Virus record (IMG/VR): IMGVR_UViG_3300032138_000002
Coordinates: 95,484-159,483 of that record
Source of the DNA: a virus
Lineage: Duplodnaviria > Caudoviricetes
Length of the DNA: 64,000 bases
Reading direction: 5' to 3' (one strand)
The notes under the pieces were generated by a model. It did no database searches, had not been told where the DNA came from, and saw only the letters and a program-made list of their open reading frames with translations. Both the position numbers and the translations under genes were made by a program. The first letter of the stretch is position 1. Each line of letters opens with the position of its first letter. Positions 48,682-56,921 of this stretch are shown here, piece after piece.

Positions 48682-48845
48682 GTGATTTTGTTTTATTTTT
48701 TCTTGTACTCTTTTATCACGTGATGGTCGTGTATGCCCTCAGTCGACCGCCTAGAGAAATTAAAAATACCACCTCTTATGAAGACAGAACTCCGATGAAC
48801 CAGTCACGTGAACCATATGAAAATAACGATAGCAATATCAACTAA
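48678..48845 (+). CDS. Small single-TM protein, 55 aa (MSDFVLFFLVLFYHVMVVYALSRPP...)
   Basis: ATGA overlap and AAGGA upstream; fills the gap before the next gene. Confidence 0.45.
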   Translation: MSDFVLFFLVLFYHVMVVYALSRPPREIKNTTSYEDRTPMNQSREPYENNDSNIN

Positions 48846-48863
48846 TTGGAACTATTTAACGAT

Positions 48864-51521
48864 ATGAAAGACTTTCACAAATCTTGGAAAAATTTTATAA
48901 ACGAGGTTACAGAAGAAGAACTAGAAGATATATCGGGTGTCCTCCATGATATTAAATACGAGGACCTATCATTTCAAGATGTATTTGGAGATAAAACACG
49001 CCTCATTACGCCTTTGCCCGTTAAAGACGAACATTTCGACGCCTTAAAAAACGTTCTAGAACAGAACGGCTATATGCCAGATTTCAGTACAGGACTTGCC
49101 TCTTATTACGAGGCACATGTTCCGGAATCAAGGACGGGAGAGAACATGCCAGCGATACGCAAAATCATGATGCCCTCCCAAGTGGAAAACCTAGATTTTT
49201 CTGATGAAAAAATCAAGAAGACCATCCGCAAAAAACAAGTGAAAATAGGTAAACTCTTACAAAAAGGCGCCAGATTATTTAAAAACACTCAAGATGCCAC
49301 GGAAGAGTTTAATTCTGTTGGCCCCACCGATTTCCCGGCAGGGGAATACGCAGAGTACCGAAAGACGTCGATGGATCTCGAAGATAAAATGGATAAGGGA
49401 CAAAAAAAGCTTAATGACGTGTTCCAGAACAGTTTCAGGGCCAATCCCGGTTCTCTTAATATATATGCGGAGTTAGCCACGTGGTGGAACAAGAAATCGA
49501 CTTATTATCGCGAAAATCCCGACGCCGCCGAGCTAGGGGGTTTATCCGACAAATATTCTATTATTATTAGTCGACACCCTATCGATGTGTTGCGAATGAG
49601 TGATTTTGACGACATTCAAAGCTGCCACTCTCCGGGTTCGCGCGGAGGTGATGCGCAATATTATAAATGCGCAGTTGCCGAAGCACATGGCCATGGTCTC
49701 GTAGCTTATGTGGTGGAAAATAAAAATCTCCAAAGCGCGAAAGAAGAACATGATGATACAGACGGCGCTAAAATGTCCAATGAGGAATTCCTAGCAGATC
49801 TGGATAAATATGACGCTGAGCTTTTTTGGGATCCTGAAAGGCAAGAAGGTTTCGTAGAGCCGCTCTCTCGCGTACGCTTGAGAAAATTTGTACAGCCCAC
49901 GCTCTCAGCGCAACTGGCGGTACCAGAAGCTAGAGTATATGGGCAAAAGTTCCCCAGTCTTGCTAAAACTATAACCAAATGGGCTAGAACTGCACAAAAA
50001 GATACGATCGACAAAATTATGGATTCTAAAAATGCGGAAGACCCGGACGAGAGTGCTTTCGTTCAAGACCCTGACCCGGGCCACGCCGCGGCCCTCGACT
50101 TATATAAATGGGAGCGCCATGGCGGCTCTTATTCGGACACTACAGCCGATAATATGATGCGAAACTTGTTAAATGTCCCTGTGATGGGGACACCCCGGGT
50201 CGACAGTTCAACAGAAGATAGTTTGTCTCTTAATTCTAGTGTTTTAGATCGATGGGAAACAGAAATAGAAGAAATCACCGACCGTTACAATAATCGGTAT
50301 CAAGCGACCCAGGTTGATGGTTCAGTAGAGGACGATGGCGGAGCAGGGGCGTTTATATCCGCCTCGGCGTCGGCCCTTATATATATTGATGAAAAGAAGC
50401 TTACAAAGAGCGCCTTCAATGATGAAACACGGAAGGCTATAGACCAAATCCCTCAGGTTTTAGATGATTGGGGGTATACTTGGGCTGAGGATGGCTGGGT
50501 CACCTACGATGTCGTTAATAAAAATCATCGCTTGTGGAATACGATGCCGCGATGGTACCATGCTAATGGTGAAAGCTGGGTGCGTATCGCCCTACCCGTT
50601 AACTTGGAATATATAGGCGCAGAAACGAACTATGTGTACGACCCTGATGAATATGAAACCCTATGTTCTCATTTAGATACTGAAGTAGATGACCAGCATG
50701 ATGCCATTACTGAGGTGGTCAGTCACCACTTGAAACGAGAAGGAATCATGGAGGGGGGCGCCATTCTCGAACTAGCTGTTAACTTGGATGAAGCATCGCT
50801 GAGCGAATGGGATTACGAAGTGGATGATGAAAACAACCCTACCGTAATTACAATGACTTGTTGGGTGAATGTAGATTTTGAAATTCTCCAAAAAGGCATA
50901 CCTGTTAGTTTTGAGGAAAAGCCTGAATCTGATGACATCATCGCGATGTACGATAACAATCCCATCGCGTTAGTAACCCGAGTTAAAGGATGGGATACGG
51001 ATCCCGATACGTATACCGTACGTTCTCCAGAGTTTATGAAAGAGCAATACAACAAGATGCCCTCGTTAGAGGCCGTAAAGGAACTTATACAGACCGAAAT
51101 AGGTGTAATGGTGCTTCGACCCAAGGGTAGCTCAAACACGCCCTTAGGATACGAATCCTCCTCGAATTACCGCAGTGCGGTGTGGGAACTAATGAAAGCA
51201 TCTCTTCTTGAAGTCAAAAGCAAAGTCAGTACTTCAGGCGGCATCGATAAAGTGGAGTTTGCTTATCCTGATCGTACTCTACGCGCATCAGGCCCTACCG
51301 CACTAGATGAATACCGTATGACGGTGCGATTACAAGTAACTGAAGAAGATCCGGACGAAGTAATATGGAACGCGTGGCAAATTGTCGAGGATATTGATGA
51401 CGAAGAACAGTGGCAAGAAATTTATTCCACCGCCTTTAAAAAAGTCGCCAAAGCTGATCCACAAATGACCCTCCCCCTCCAAGAACTAAAAAACCGATTT
51501 GCTAAATTTATGAAAAAATAA
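48864..51521 (+). CDS. Large acidic phage protein of unknown function (possible internal head protein)
   Basis: About 885 aa. Likely start at 48864 (MKDFHKSWKNFINE), just after ACTATTTA; contains IISRHPIDVLRMSDF..SCHS. Confidence 0.75.
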   Translation: MKDFHKSWKNFINEVTEEELEDISGVLHDIKYEDLSFQDVFGDKTRLITPLPVKDEHFDALKNVLEQNGYMPDFSTGLASYYEAHVPESRTGENMPAIRKIMMPSQVENLDFSDEKIKKTIRKKQVKIGKLLQKGARLFKNTQDATEEFNSVGPTDFPAGEYAEYRKTSMDLEDKMDKGQKKLNDVFQNSFRANPGSLNIYAELATWWNKKSTYYRENPDAAELGGLSDKYSIIISRHPIDVLRMSDFDDIQSCHSPGSRGGDAQYYKCAVAEAHGHGLVAYVVENKNLQSAKEEHDDTDGAKMSNEEFLADLDKYDAELFWDPERQEGFVEPLSRVRLRKFVQPTLSAQLAVPEARVYGQKFPSLAKTITKWARTAQKDTIDKIMDSKNAEDPDESAFVQDPDPGHAAALDLYKWERHGGSYSDTTADNMMRNLLNVPVMGTPRVDSSTEDSLSLNSSVLDRWETEIEEITDRYNNRYQATQVDGSVEDDGGAGAFISASASALIYIDEKKLTKSAFNDETRKAIDQIPQVLDDWGYTWAEDGWVTYDVVNKNHRLWNTMPRWYHANGESWVRIALPVNLEYIGAETNYVYDPDEYETLCSHLDTEVDDQHDAITEVVSHHLKREGIMEGGAILELAVNLDEASLSEWDYEVDDENNPTVITMTCWVNVDFEILQKGIPVSFEEKPESDDIIAMYDNNPIALVTRVKGWDTDPDTYTVRSPEFMKEQYNKMPSLEAVKELIQTEIGVMVLRPKGSSNTPLGYESSSNYRSAVWELMKASLLEVKSKVSTSGGIDKVEFAYPDRTLRASGPTALDEYRMTVRLQVTEEDPDEVIWNAWQIVEDIDDEEQWQEIYSTAFKKVAKADPQMTLPLQELKNRFAKFMKK

Positions 51522-51522
51522 A

Positions 51523-51732
51523 ATGGAAGTTGGTACTTTAGTAAAAGAAAAAGAAGGTGCTCGAAGATGCGGAATTATCCTTGGACCTGCATATTATCAC
51601 AAACGACCATCAGGGGATCGCGTCCGACGCGGCGGGAAAAGAGTGATTGTTCTTTGGCCAGATGGTACCAAGCGCGCTTACAGGATCCCCTTTTTAGAGC
51701 CCGAGCTATTTGACAAAATCTCAGAGATCTGA
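51523..51732 (+). CDS. Small SH3/KOW-like hypothetical protein
   Basis: MEVGTLVK...GIIL...VIVLWPDG pattern. Confidence 0.55.
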   Translation: MEVGTLVKEKEGARRCGIILGPAYYHKRPSGDRVRRGGKRVIVLWPDGTKRAYRIPFLEPELFDKISEI

Positions 51733-51738
51733 TATATT
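51710..51738 (+). promoter_or_regulatory. sigma70 promoter, leaderless
   Basis: TTGACA, 17-nt spacer ending in TGa, TATATT; ATG at 51745. Confidence 0.7.
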
Positions 51739-51744
51739 AAAAGA

Positions 51745-51993
51745 ATGCCCCCTGTAACAGATACAGATATACACAAACCCCAAACCGGCGATTTAGTTTA
51801 TATTATCGACCCGGATGGTATCGAACCCATTAAAATGGGGATTGGTCTCGTTCTAGGTGACACTAAAATATATTTAGAAAGTCATAATCAGTGGACCAGA
51901 AGCACGCCCGTACTATGGGATGGTGTCATCCATTACTTGGATAGGCCCTATTGGATACTAGAAGTCTTTCGAAAGGCGGTGCAACCCTCTTAA
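51745..51993 (+). CDS. Small SH3/KOW-like hypothetical protein
   Basis: PQTGDLVY...GIGLVL...VLWDG. Confidence 0.55.
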   Translation: MPPVTDTDIHKPQTGDLVYIIDPDGIEPIKMGIGLVLGDTKIYLESHNQWTRSTPVLWDGVIHYLDRPYWILEVFRKAVQPS

Positions 51994-52784
51994 AATTCTT
52001 CCTCAGTCGGAGAAACTTCAGCCTCGTATTCGGGTGTTGTTGGCTCGTCGACCATGGTTTTAAGTTGACCTTCCCATGTATCCATCCATAATTTCATATT
52101 AGTAATCAAATACGTGACATAAATTTCTTTATCGGTAGGGTTTCCTAAGCTATTAAACGTATCTAGAATTTGGTTTTCAGTTTCATTGATAACATCATAA
52201 GCCGCATCTCGCCCGGTTGGATCATCCGCGTACTTTTCGATTCCGAAATCAGTTCTTTTTTCATCGTCCGTGGGTTCTTTTTCAGTATCGATCCCCAAAT
52301 CCAGGAAAGCTTCTTCCTCGGCAGCTTCTTCAGTCTCAGGTTCATCGTCAGTAAATTCAACATCGATCTCAGTAAGATCTTCACTTGTGTCGCCCTCAAT
52401 GTCAACCACTTCTTCTGAGTCTATTTTTTCGATGGCTTTATCCATTACCTGATCGGGCAAAAGAAGTTCCTGAAGACCCTTTATTACATGCGCTCGGAAC
52501 GATTCTCTCTGTACTTCGGTGGTTTCCAAAGACTTATAAGCGGTTTCATATTTACCTAAGATCTTTTTAAGCAAAGTTTTCAAATAGTTGATACCAGTTG
52601 ATTTTTCAGGATATTTAGTAGAAATGTCGGATTCAACTAGTCTGCGAATAATCGTTCGCAATTGTTGTTCTTCTTGAAATAACGCTTGTTCCTGTGATGT
52701 TCTTTTCTCTTTTACAATTGCAATTGCCTTGCGAATTTGCGTACGCAATTTTAATTCTTCAACGAGTTGCTCTCTGTCAATCAT
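51990..52784 (-). CDS. Acidic hypothetical protein (possible head-associated)
   Basis: LRTQIRKAI and LRTIIRRLVE amphipathic motifs; STGINYL; YLITNMKLW. Confidence 0.7.
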   Translation of the reverse strand: MIDREQLVEELKLRTQIRKAIAIVKEKRTSQEQALFQEEQQLRTIIRRLVESDISTKYPEKSTGINYLKTLLKKILGKYETAYKSLETTEVQRESFRAHVIKGLQELLLPDQVMDKAIEKIDSEEVVDIEGDTSEDLTEIDVEFTDDEPETEEAAEEEAFLDLGIDTEKEPTDDEKRTDFGIEKYADDPTGRDAAYDVINETENQILDTFNSLGNPTDKEIYVTYLITNMKLWMDTWEGQLKTMVDEPTTPEYEAEVSPTEEEF

Positions 52785-55177
52785 TCTGTTTCTCCTATAA
52801 CCTTCAATAAGTAGTTCATTACTTCGTCAATAAACTCAGTATCTTCTTGCATTTTCCTTACTTTTCTTTTTGGCTTTGCCGCTGCTATCCCCACACTGCC
52901 TAGACCCATAGCGCTCGTTTCATCGCGTTTTCTTTTTTTGTGCTTTCGTCTCTTAACTCCCGGGAAGGGCGATTTTGTATACGCACCCTCTATATCCCCC
53001 GATTCGGGTGCTGGTGGTATTGCGCCAGGCCCCGCGCACTGTTCCCCCAATTCATCCCCATGCAGCAATTCAATATCATAGAATTCTTTGCCAAAATATT
53101 TCTTGGACTTTTTTCCCTCTTCCTCGAAAGCTCCGAAACCAACGGGGGCCGGCCCTACTTTCTTGGGGCGTTTCTTTGTGTAAGGAGGTCCGGGCTTTTG
53201 TTTTCCAGTCGAGAGCATCTTGTGCCAACTTTTTAAATAATTCTTTTTAGTGGGGCTCTTTTGGTAATCGCCTTCATCCAATAAATATTCCACCATATCC
53301 AAGAGGCTCTCGGCCACCATTTCTTTTTTTTTACCACCCAGCATGGCAAATATCTCTTCGGCATTGCCGCTCTTGATTGTCTCTGCGGGCATGTACTCTA
53401 AAAACTCTTCATAATTATTGTTAACGATAAACTGCCTTAGAAAACGGGCACTTAGCTGTTCTCCGGTGGAAGCTTGTGTAACAGGCGTTTCTACCACACG
53501 AACATTCACTCCTTCGGGTGCATACTTACGAACTTCCTCTCCAAACCTTCCTGCATCTTTTTCGCTCGTGAGCATAGAATATGTCTGCCCGGGCGAGGAA
53601 TAATACTGTAAAATATCAAAGGCTTTGCTGAGGGGGGTCGCTGATTTAGTTCCCTCATGGTTTAATTCGCCCTCTACCACCTCCACGAAATCGTAGTTGG
53701 TTATTCCGGCATCTTCTAAAATCATACCCCATATTATCATGGCAGTATTGTAATTGACGATGGTATCGCCGATCATTCTAGGGCTGTCGCCACCAGAGCC
53801 CATAATGATCAATATACGATCATTATTAGCGACAGATTTAACCATATCTAAGTGACCCCGATGAGGAGGCTTAAACCCTCCGGGTACTAATGCGATGGTT
53901 GTATCATTGTTCACATCGGTTTCATAATCTTTGACTTCCTCTTCCTCTTCTGTAAGATTTAAAGGTTTGCCCCCGCGACCATACCGGAAAAGTCCCAATA
54001 TTTGGTTCATTGGTGCGAAATTTCCAGTAAATTTATAGGTTTGCCCTCCGTAATCGAACACAAACCCTTCAACAGCAGTGGAAACGTTTTCAAGTTTCTT
54101 TAACTTCGCCATCTGTTGTTGTAATACCTTCATAGCTGTTTCGTCATTCGAACCTTCAATGGCTATAATAGCCTTTTGAAGTTCTTGACGTAAGCGCATC
54201 ACCTCCTTGGGATTGTCTAAAATAAATGCGCTATGAAGGCCTCTCAACATCTCCACCGAAAAATCATGAATGATTTCTTCCAGCGGTAATATTGCATTTT
54301 TCATTAAAGTTTTTTCAGACTTAACAACTTGTCTTACTTTTTCTTTATCTTCTCTATCCAGACCCTTAACAATATTATTAAACGTCACACCGGGTACTTT
54401 GAACAAGCGTTTTATAAGCAATTTCATATGCTTATCAGGTAAATCAACCCGAGATTCAATAAAAGGGGTGATACGAGCGATAATAAAATCAGCAATCGTT
54501 TGATTATCGCTTATTCCTACGGTATTTACCATTTGTTGAATTTGATCAACGGCCGAGTCAAGCGCTACATCATTACTAAGTGCCCTGAGATTTACAATTG
54601 CGTTTCTCTGAAGTGAGTAATCTTCATCTTCAACTGCACTCTGCATCTGTTTTAAGGCCTTATCTAAAGCCCGGACGTTTTTTGAGACGTCGACGTCTTT
54701 AATTGTGCCTGTTTCCTTATCGAATTGCGCGTGTCCCACCTGATGGATATTCAGGGTTTTTGTATCATAATTGATGATATTGGGGGTGCGCGGATCTTGG
54801 ACTTCCGCATTGTAATATATATTTGCGTCTGGTCCAAAGATGGCCATTTGGGTTTCGGGATCCAAGGACCGAACCGCTTTTTCAAAAGTTCTGAAAGCGT
54901 CCCCAAAAGCTTTTTGTAATTGAGGGTTGGGATGATCAGTAAACTTGTTGATTATATCTTCTACGCTTAATCCACCCGATTTGATGTTCCCTTTATTTCT
55001 TGCCGCCCGCGCCGAACCGTTTTGAACAGAATAAGAGATAAAGAGGTTTTGGCCATCGGTCTTCTCAGTACCCTCTAGTTCGCCCGCAGATGCGGCTGTA
55101 AGAACTTCAATGAGTTCCTTGAAGGTTAACTCATAGTTCTCGTAAAGATGCTGCATATGGCCAGCTACGCCACCCAT
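52781..55177 (-). CDS. Fusion of an RNA-ligase-like nucleotidyltransferase domain and an HxGH cytidylyl/adenylyltransferase domain
   Basis: TEKTDGQN, NAEV, VEGFVF, YKFTG (ligase motifs I, III, IV, V); PGGFKPPHRGH and LSARFLR (HxGH family). Confidence 0.65.
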   Translation of the reverse strand: MGGVAGHMQHLYENYELTFKELIEVLTAASAGELEGTEKTDGQNLFISYSVQNGSARAARNKGNIKSGGLSVEDIINKFTDHPNPQLQKAFGDAFRTFEKAVRSLDPETQMAIFGPDANIYYNAEVQDPRTPNIINYDTKTLNIHQVGHAQFDKETGTIKDVDVSKNVRALDKALKQMQSAVEDEDYSLQRNAIVNLRALSNDVALDSAVDQIQQMVNTVGISDNQTIADFIIARITPFIESRVDLPDKHMKLLIKRLFKVPGVTFNNIVKGLDREDKEKVRQVVKSEKTLMKNAILPLEEIIHDFSVEMLRGLHSAFILDNPKEVMRLRQELQKAIIAIEGSNDETAMKVLQQQMAKLKKLENVSTAVEGFVFDYGGQTYKFTGNFAPMNQILGLFRYGRGGKPLNLTEEEEEVKDYETDVNNDTTIALVPGGFKPPHRGHLDMVKSVANNDRILIIMGSGGDSPRMIGDTIVNYNTAMIIWGMILEDAGITNYDFVEVVEGELNHEGTKSATPLSKAFDILQYYSSPGQTYSMLTSEKDAGRFGEEVRKYAPEGVNVRVVETPVTQASTGEQLSARFLRQFIVNNNYEEFLEYMPAETIKSGNAEEIFAMLGGKKKEMVAESLLDMVEYLLDEGDYQKSPTKKNYLKSWHKMLSTGKQKPGPPYTKKRPKKVGPAPVGFGAFEEEGKKSKKYFGKEFYDIELLHGDELGEQCAGPGAIPPAPESGDIEGAYTKSPFPGVKRRKHKKRKRDETSAMGLGSVGIAAAKPKRKVRKMQEDTEFIDEVMNYLLKVIGETE

Positions 55178-55178
55178 C

Positions 55179-55436
55179 TTACTTTTCCTTCTTTTCTTCT
55201 AAGACCGAGACTTTCTCCTCAAGAATATTAAGGCGCTCCTCCATGCGACGAGCGTGTCTTTTGACTTCTTTCAGGTGTTGCTTGGCAATTTGAATTTTGT
55301 TTTTTTCTTTAATCGTACGCGGCTTAAGCGATTTGAGAGTTTCTTCCAAACTCTGGATATAACTCCTCATCGTGGGGACGTCTAGCGATTCCCCCATAAC
55401 AAACTGACGAGTTAGCCGGCCAAGGTCGACTGTCAT
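55179..55436 (-). CDS. Small coiled-coil protein
   Basis: Coupled ORF with a heptad-rich C-terminus. Confidence 0.65.
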   Translation of the reverse strand: MTVDLGRLTRQFVMGESLDVPTMRSYIQSLEETLKSLKPRTIKEKNKIQIAKQHLKEVKRHARRMEERLNILEEKVSVLEEKKEK

Positions 55437-55723
55437 TTTTTTGACGTCTTCTTGGTGGTCTTTTTCGTGGTCTTTTTGACAGTAGTTTTGGTCGCAGTCG
55501 AAGCGGCTGTTTTTGCAGACAACTGTGCTTCAAGCTTAGAAATAAGTGTGGCTGCGGCTACAACTTGAGTTGTTGCTTCCGAAGCCTCAGCCTCTGCTTC
55601 GACAGCGCGGGTTTCCGCCACGGTTGCTCGCGTTTCTGCGGCCGCAACAATTACCTGGACTGCTTCTTGAACAGTCTTCTCTGCTTCCAATTTTGCCAAT
55701 AATCTTCTTTTTCTTCTACCCAT
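55433..55723 (-). CDS. Ala/Lys/Thr-rich protein with histone-H1-like tail
   Basis: SD AAGGAG; ends KTTVKKTTKKTTKKTSKK. Confidence 0.65.
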   Translation of the reverse strand: MGRRKRRLLAKLEAEKTVQEAVQVIVAAAETRATVAETRAVEAEAEASEATTQVVAAATLISKLEAQLSAKTAASTATKTTVKKTTKKTTKKTSKK

Positions 55724-55734
55724 GACTATACTCC

Positions 55735-56874
55735 TTATTTTTTAGTCCATTCTGTTAAAAGTTTGCCATAAAGGCTACCTTCATACCATTCTTTAAGCTT
55801 TGTTCCACCATCTTCGTTTGTCGTTCCAGCCGGCTTTGTAAGCACCTGAGCCGCTTCTGGGTCATCCTCAGAACCAGCGATAGGCTTTTTTGCGGAAGGT
55901 GAAAAAGTCGTTCCCTCTTCCCCGGGGCCCCACGGATCCGAATCGGGTGCTTGCTGTCCCTCTTCCTCTGTGGCCGCGGCTTCCTCGGCAGGTGTCATCG
56001 CGACCTCATGAATACGATCGGGGTGCATTCTATTGCGACCGACATCTTTGTCCTCGTTGCCTTTGCGAGCCGCTGCTCCACCTTCTTCGAGATCTTCATC
56101 AGGCTCTGCGCCTTCGTCGACTTCTTCGCCCTGTTGCTGTGTTTCGTTGCCTTGTGCCGCGGCCATCTTTATCATCTTCCCGAGAAATCCTGGATCAGTG
56201 TTAAAGGCGGCCTCCACATTAGGGACAGCCAAGGCCCCGTGATATATGATACGTTGAAGGACGTCGCCCCAATCATCGATGGTCTTTACGTTCTGTATTA
56301 GCACCCCCAGAGCCTGCTTTATAGTTGAAGATTCCTCTTCATGCACCAAATCACCTGTTGTGCCCTTTTGGGTCAATTCTTCGGTGGTTTCTTTAATTGC
56401 CTCGATAATAATATTTCGGAGGGCTTTGTTATTCGTAGTCATCTGTTTTTTCTCCTGTAAGTTTAAGTCGACTGAATTTTCCCAATCTCTAAAACACAAA
56501 TTACCACGAAGGTAAGCGTCTTCCTCCATTTTCCGAAGGTGGGGATCTGTTTGTGCGTAGCCCTCGTCAGTGGGGCCGGAATTATCAAAATGCCCTGCAC
56601 AATTTTGAGCATGATGAGTAAGCTCATGAGAAAGTGATCTCATGATATCTTTAGGGTGTCTGCCGTCGACAAAAACAGTGATTGCGCGCTGGTCTGGGTC
56701 ATAGTGGGCCGTACGGCCAAGAGGGTTTTTTGAATTTTTTAAGTCAGATTCCAATTGCACAGTTACTGGTTTGTCGAATTGAAGAACTTTTTGAGCATAT
56801 GGGTAATACTTTTCAAAGAGTTGTTCTACGACAGACATGTCTTGTTTAGAGTTATTTTTAAGTTTATAAACCAT
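55735..56874 (-). CDS. HExxH metallopeptidase-like domain fused to an acidic domain
   Basis: RHPKDIMRSLSHELTHHAQ...MEEDAYLRGN. Confidence 0.7.
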   Translation of the reverse strand: MVYKLKNNSKQDMSVVEQLFEKYYPYAQKVLQFDKPVTVQLESDLKNSKNPLGRTAHYDPDQRAITVFVDGRHPKDIMRSLSHELTHHAQNCAGHFDNSGPTDEGYAQTDPHLRKMEEDAYLRGNLCFRDWENSVDLNLQEKKQMTTNNKALRNIIIEAIKETTEELTQKGTTGDLVHEEESSTIKQALGVLIQNVKTIDDWGDVLQRIIYHGALAVPNVEAAFNTDPGFLGKMIKMAAAQGNETQQQGEEVDEGAEPDEDLEEGGAAARKGNEDKDVGRNRMHPDRIHEVAMTPAEEAAATEEEGQQAPDSDPWGPGEEGTTFSPSAKKPIAGSEDDPEAAQVLTKPAGTTNEDGGTKLKEWYEGSLYGKLLTEWTKK

Positions 56875-56921
56875 GACCTAAATTTAAATAGTTCTAAGTT
56901 CGCAATAATGCACAATTATGA

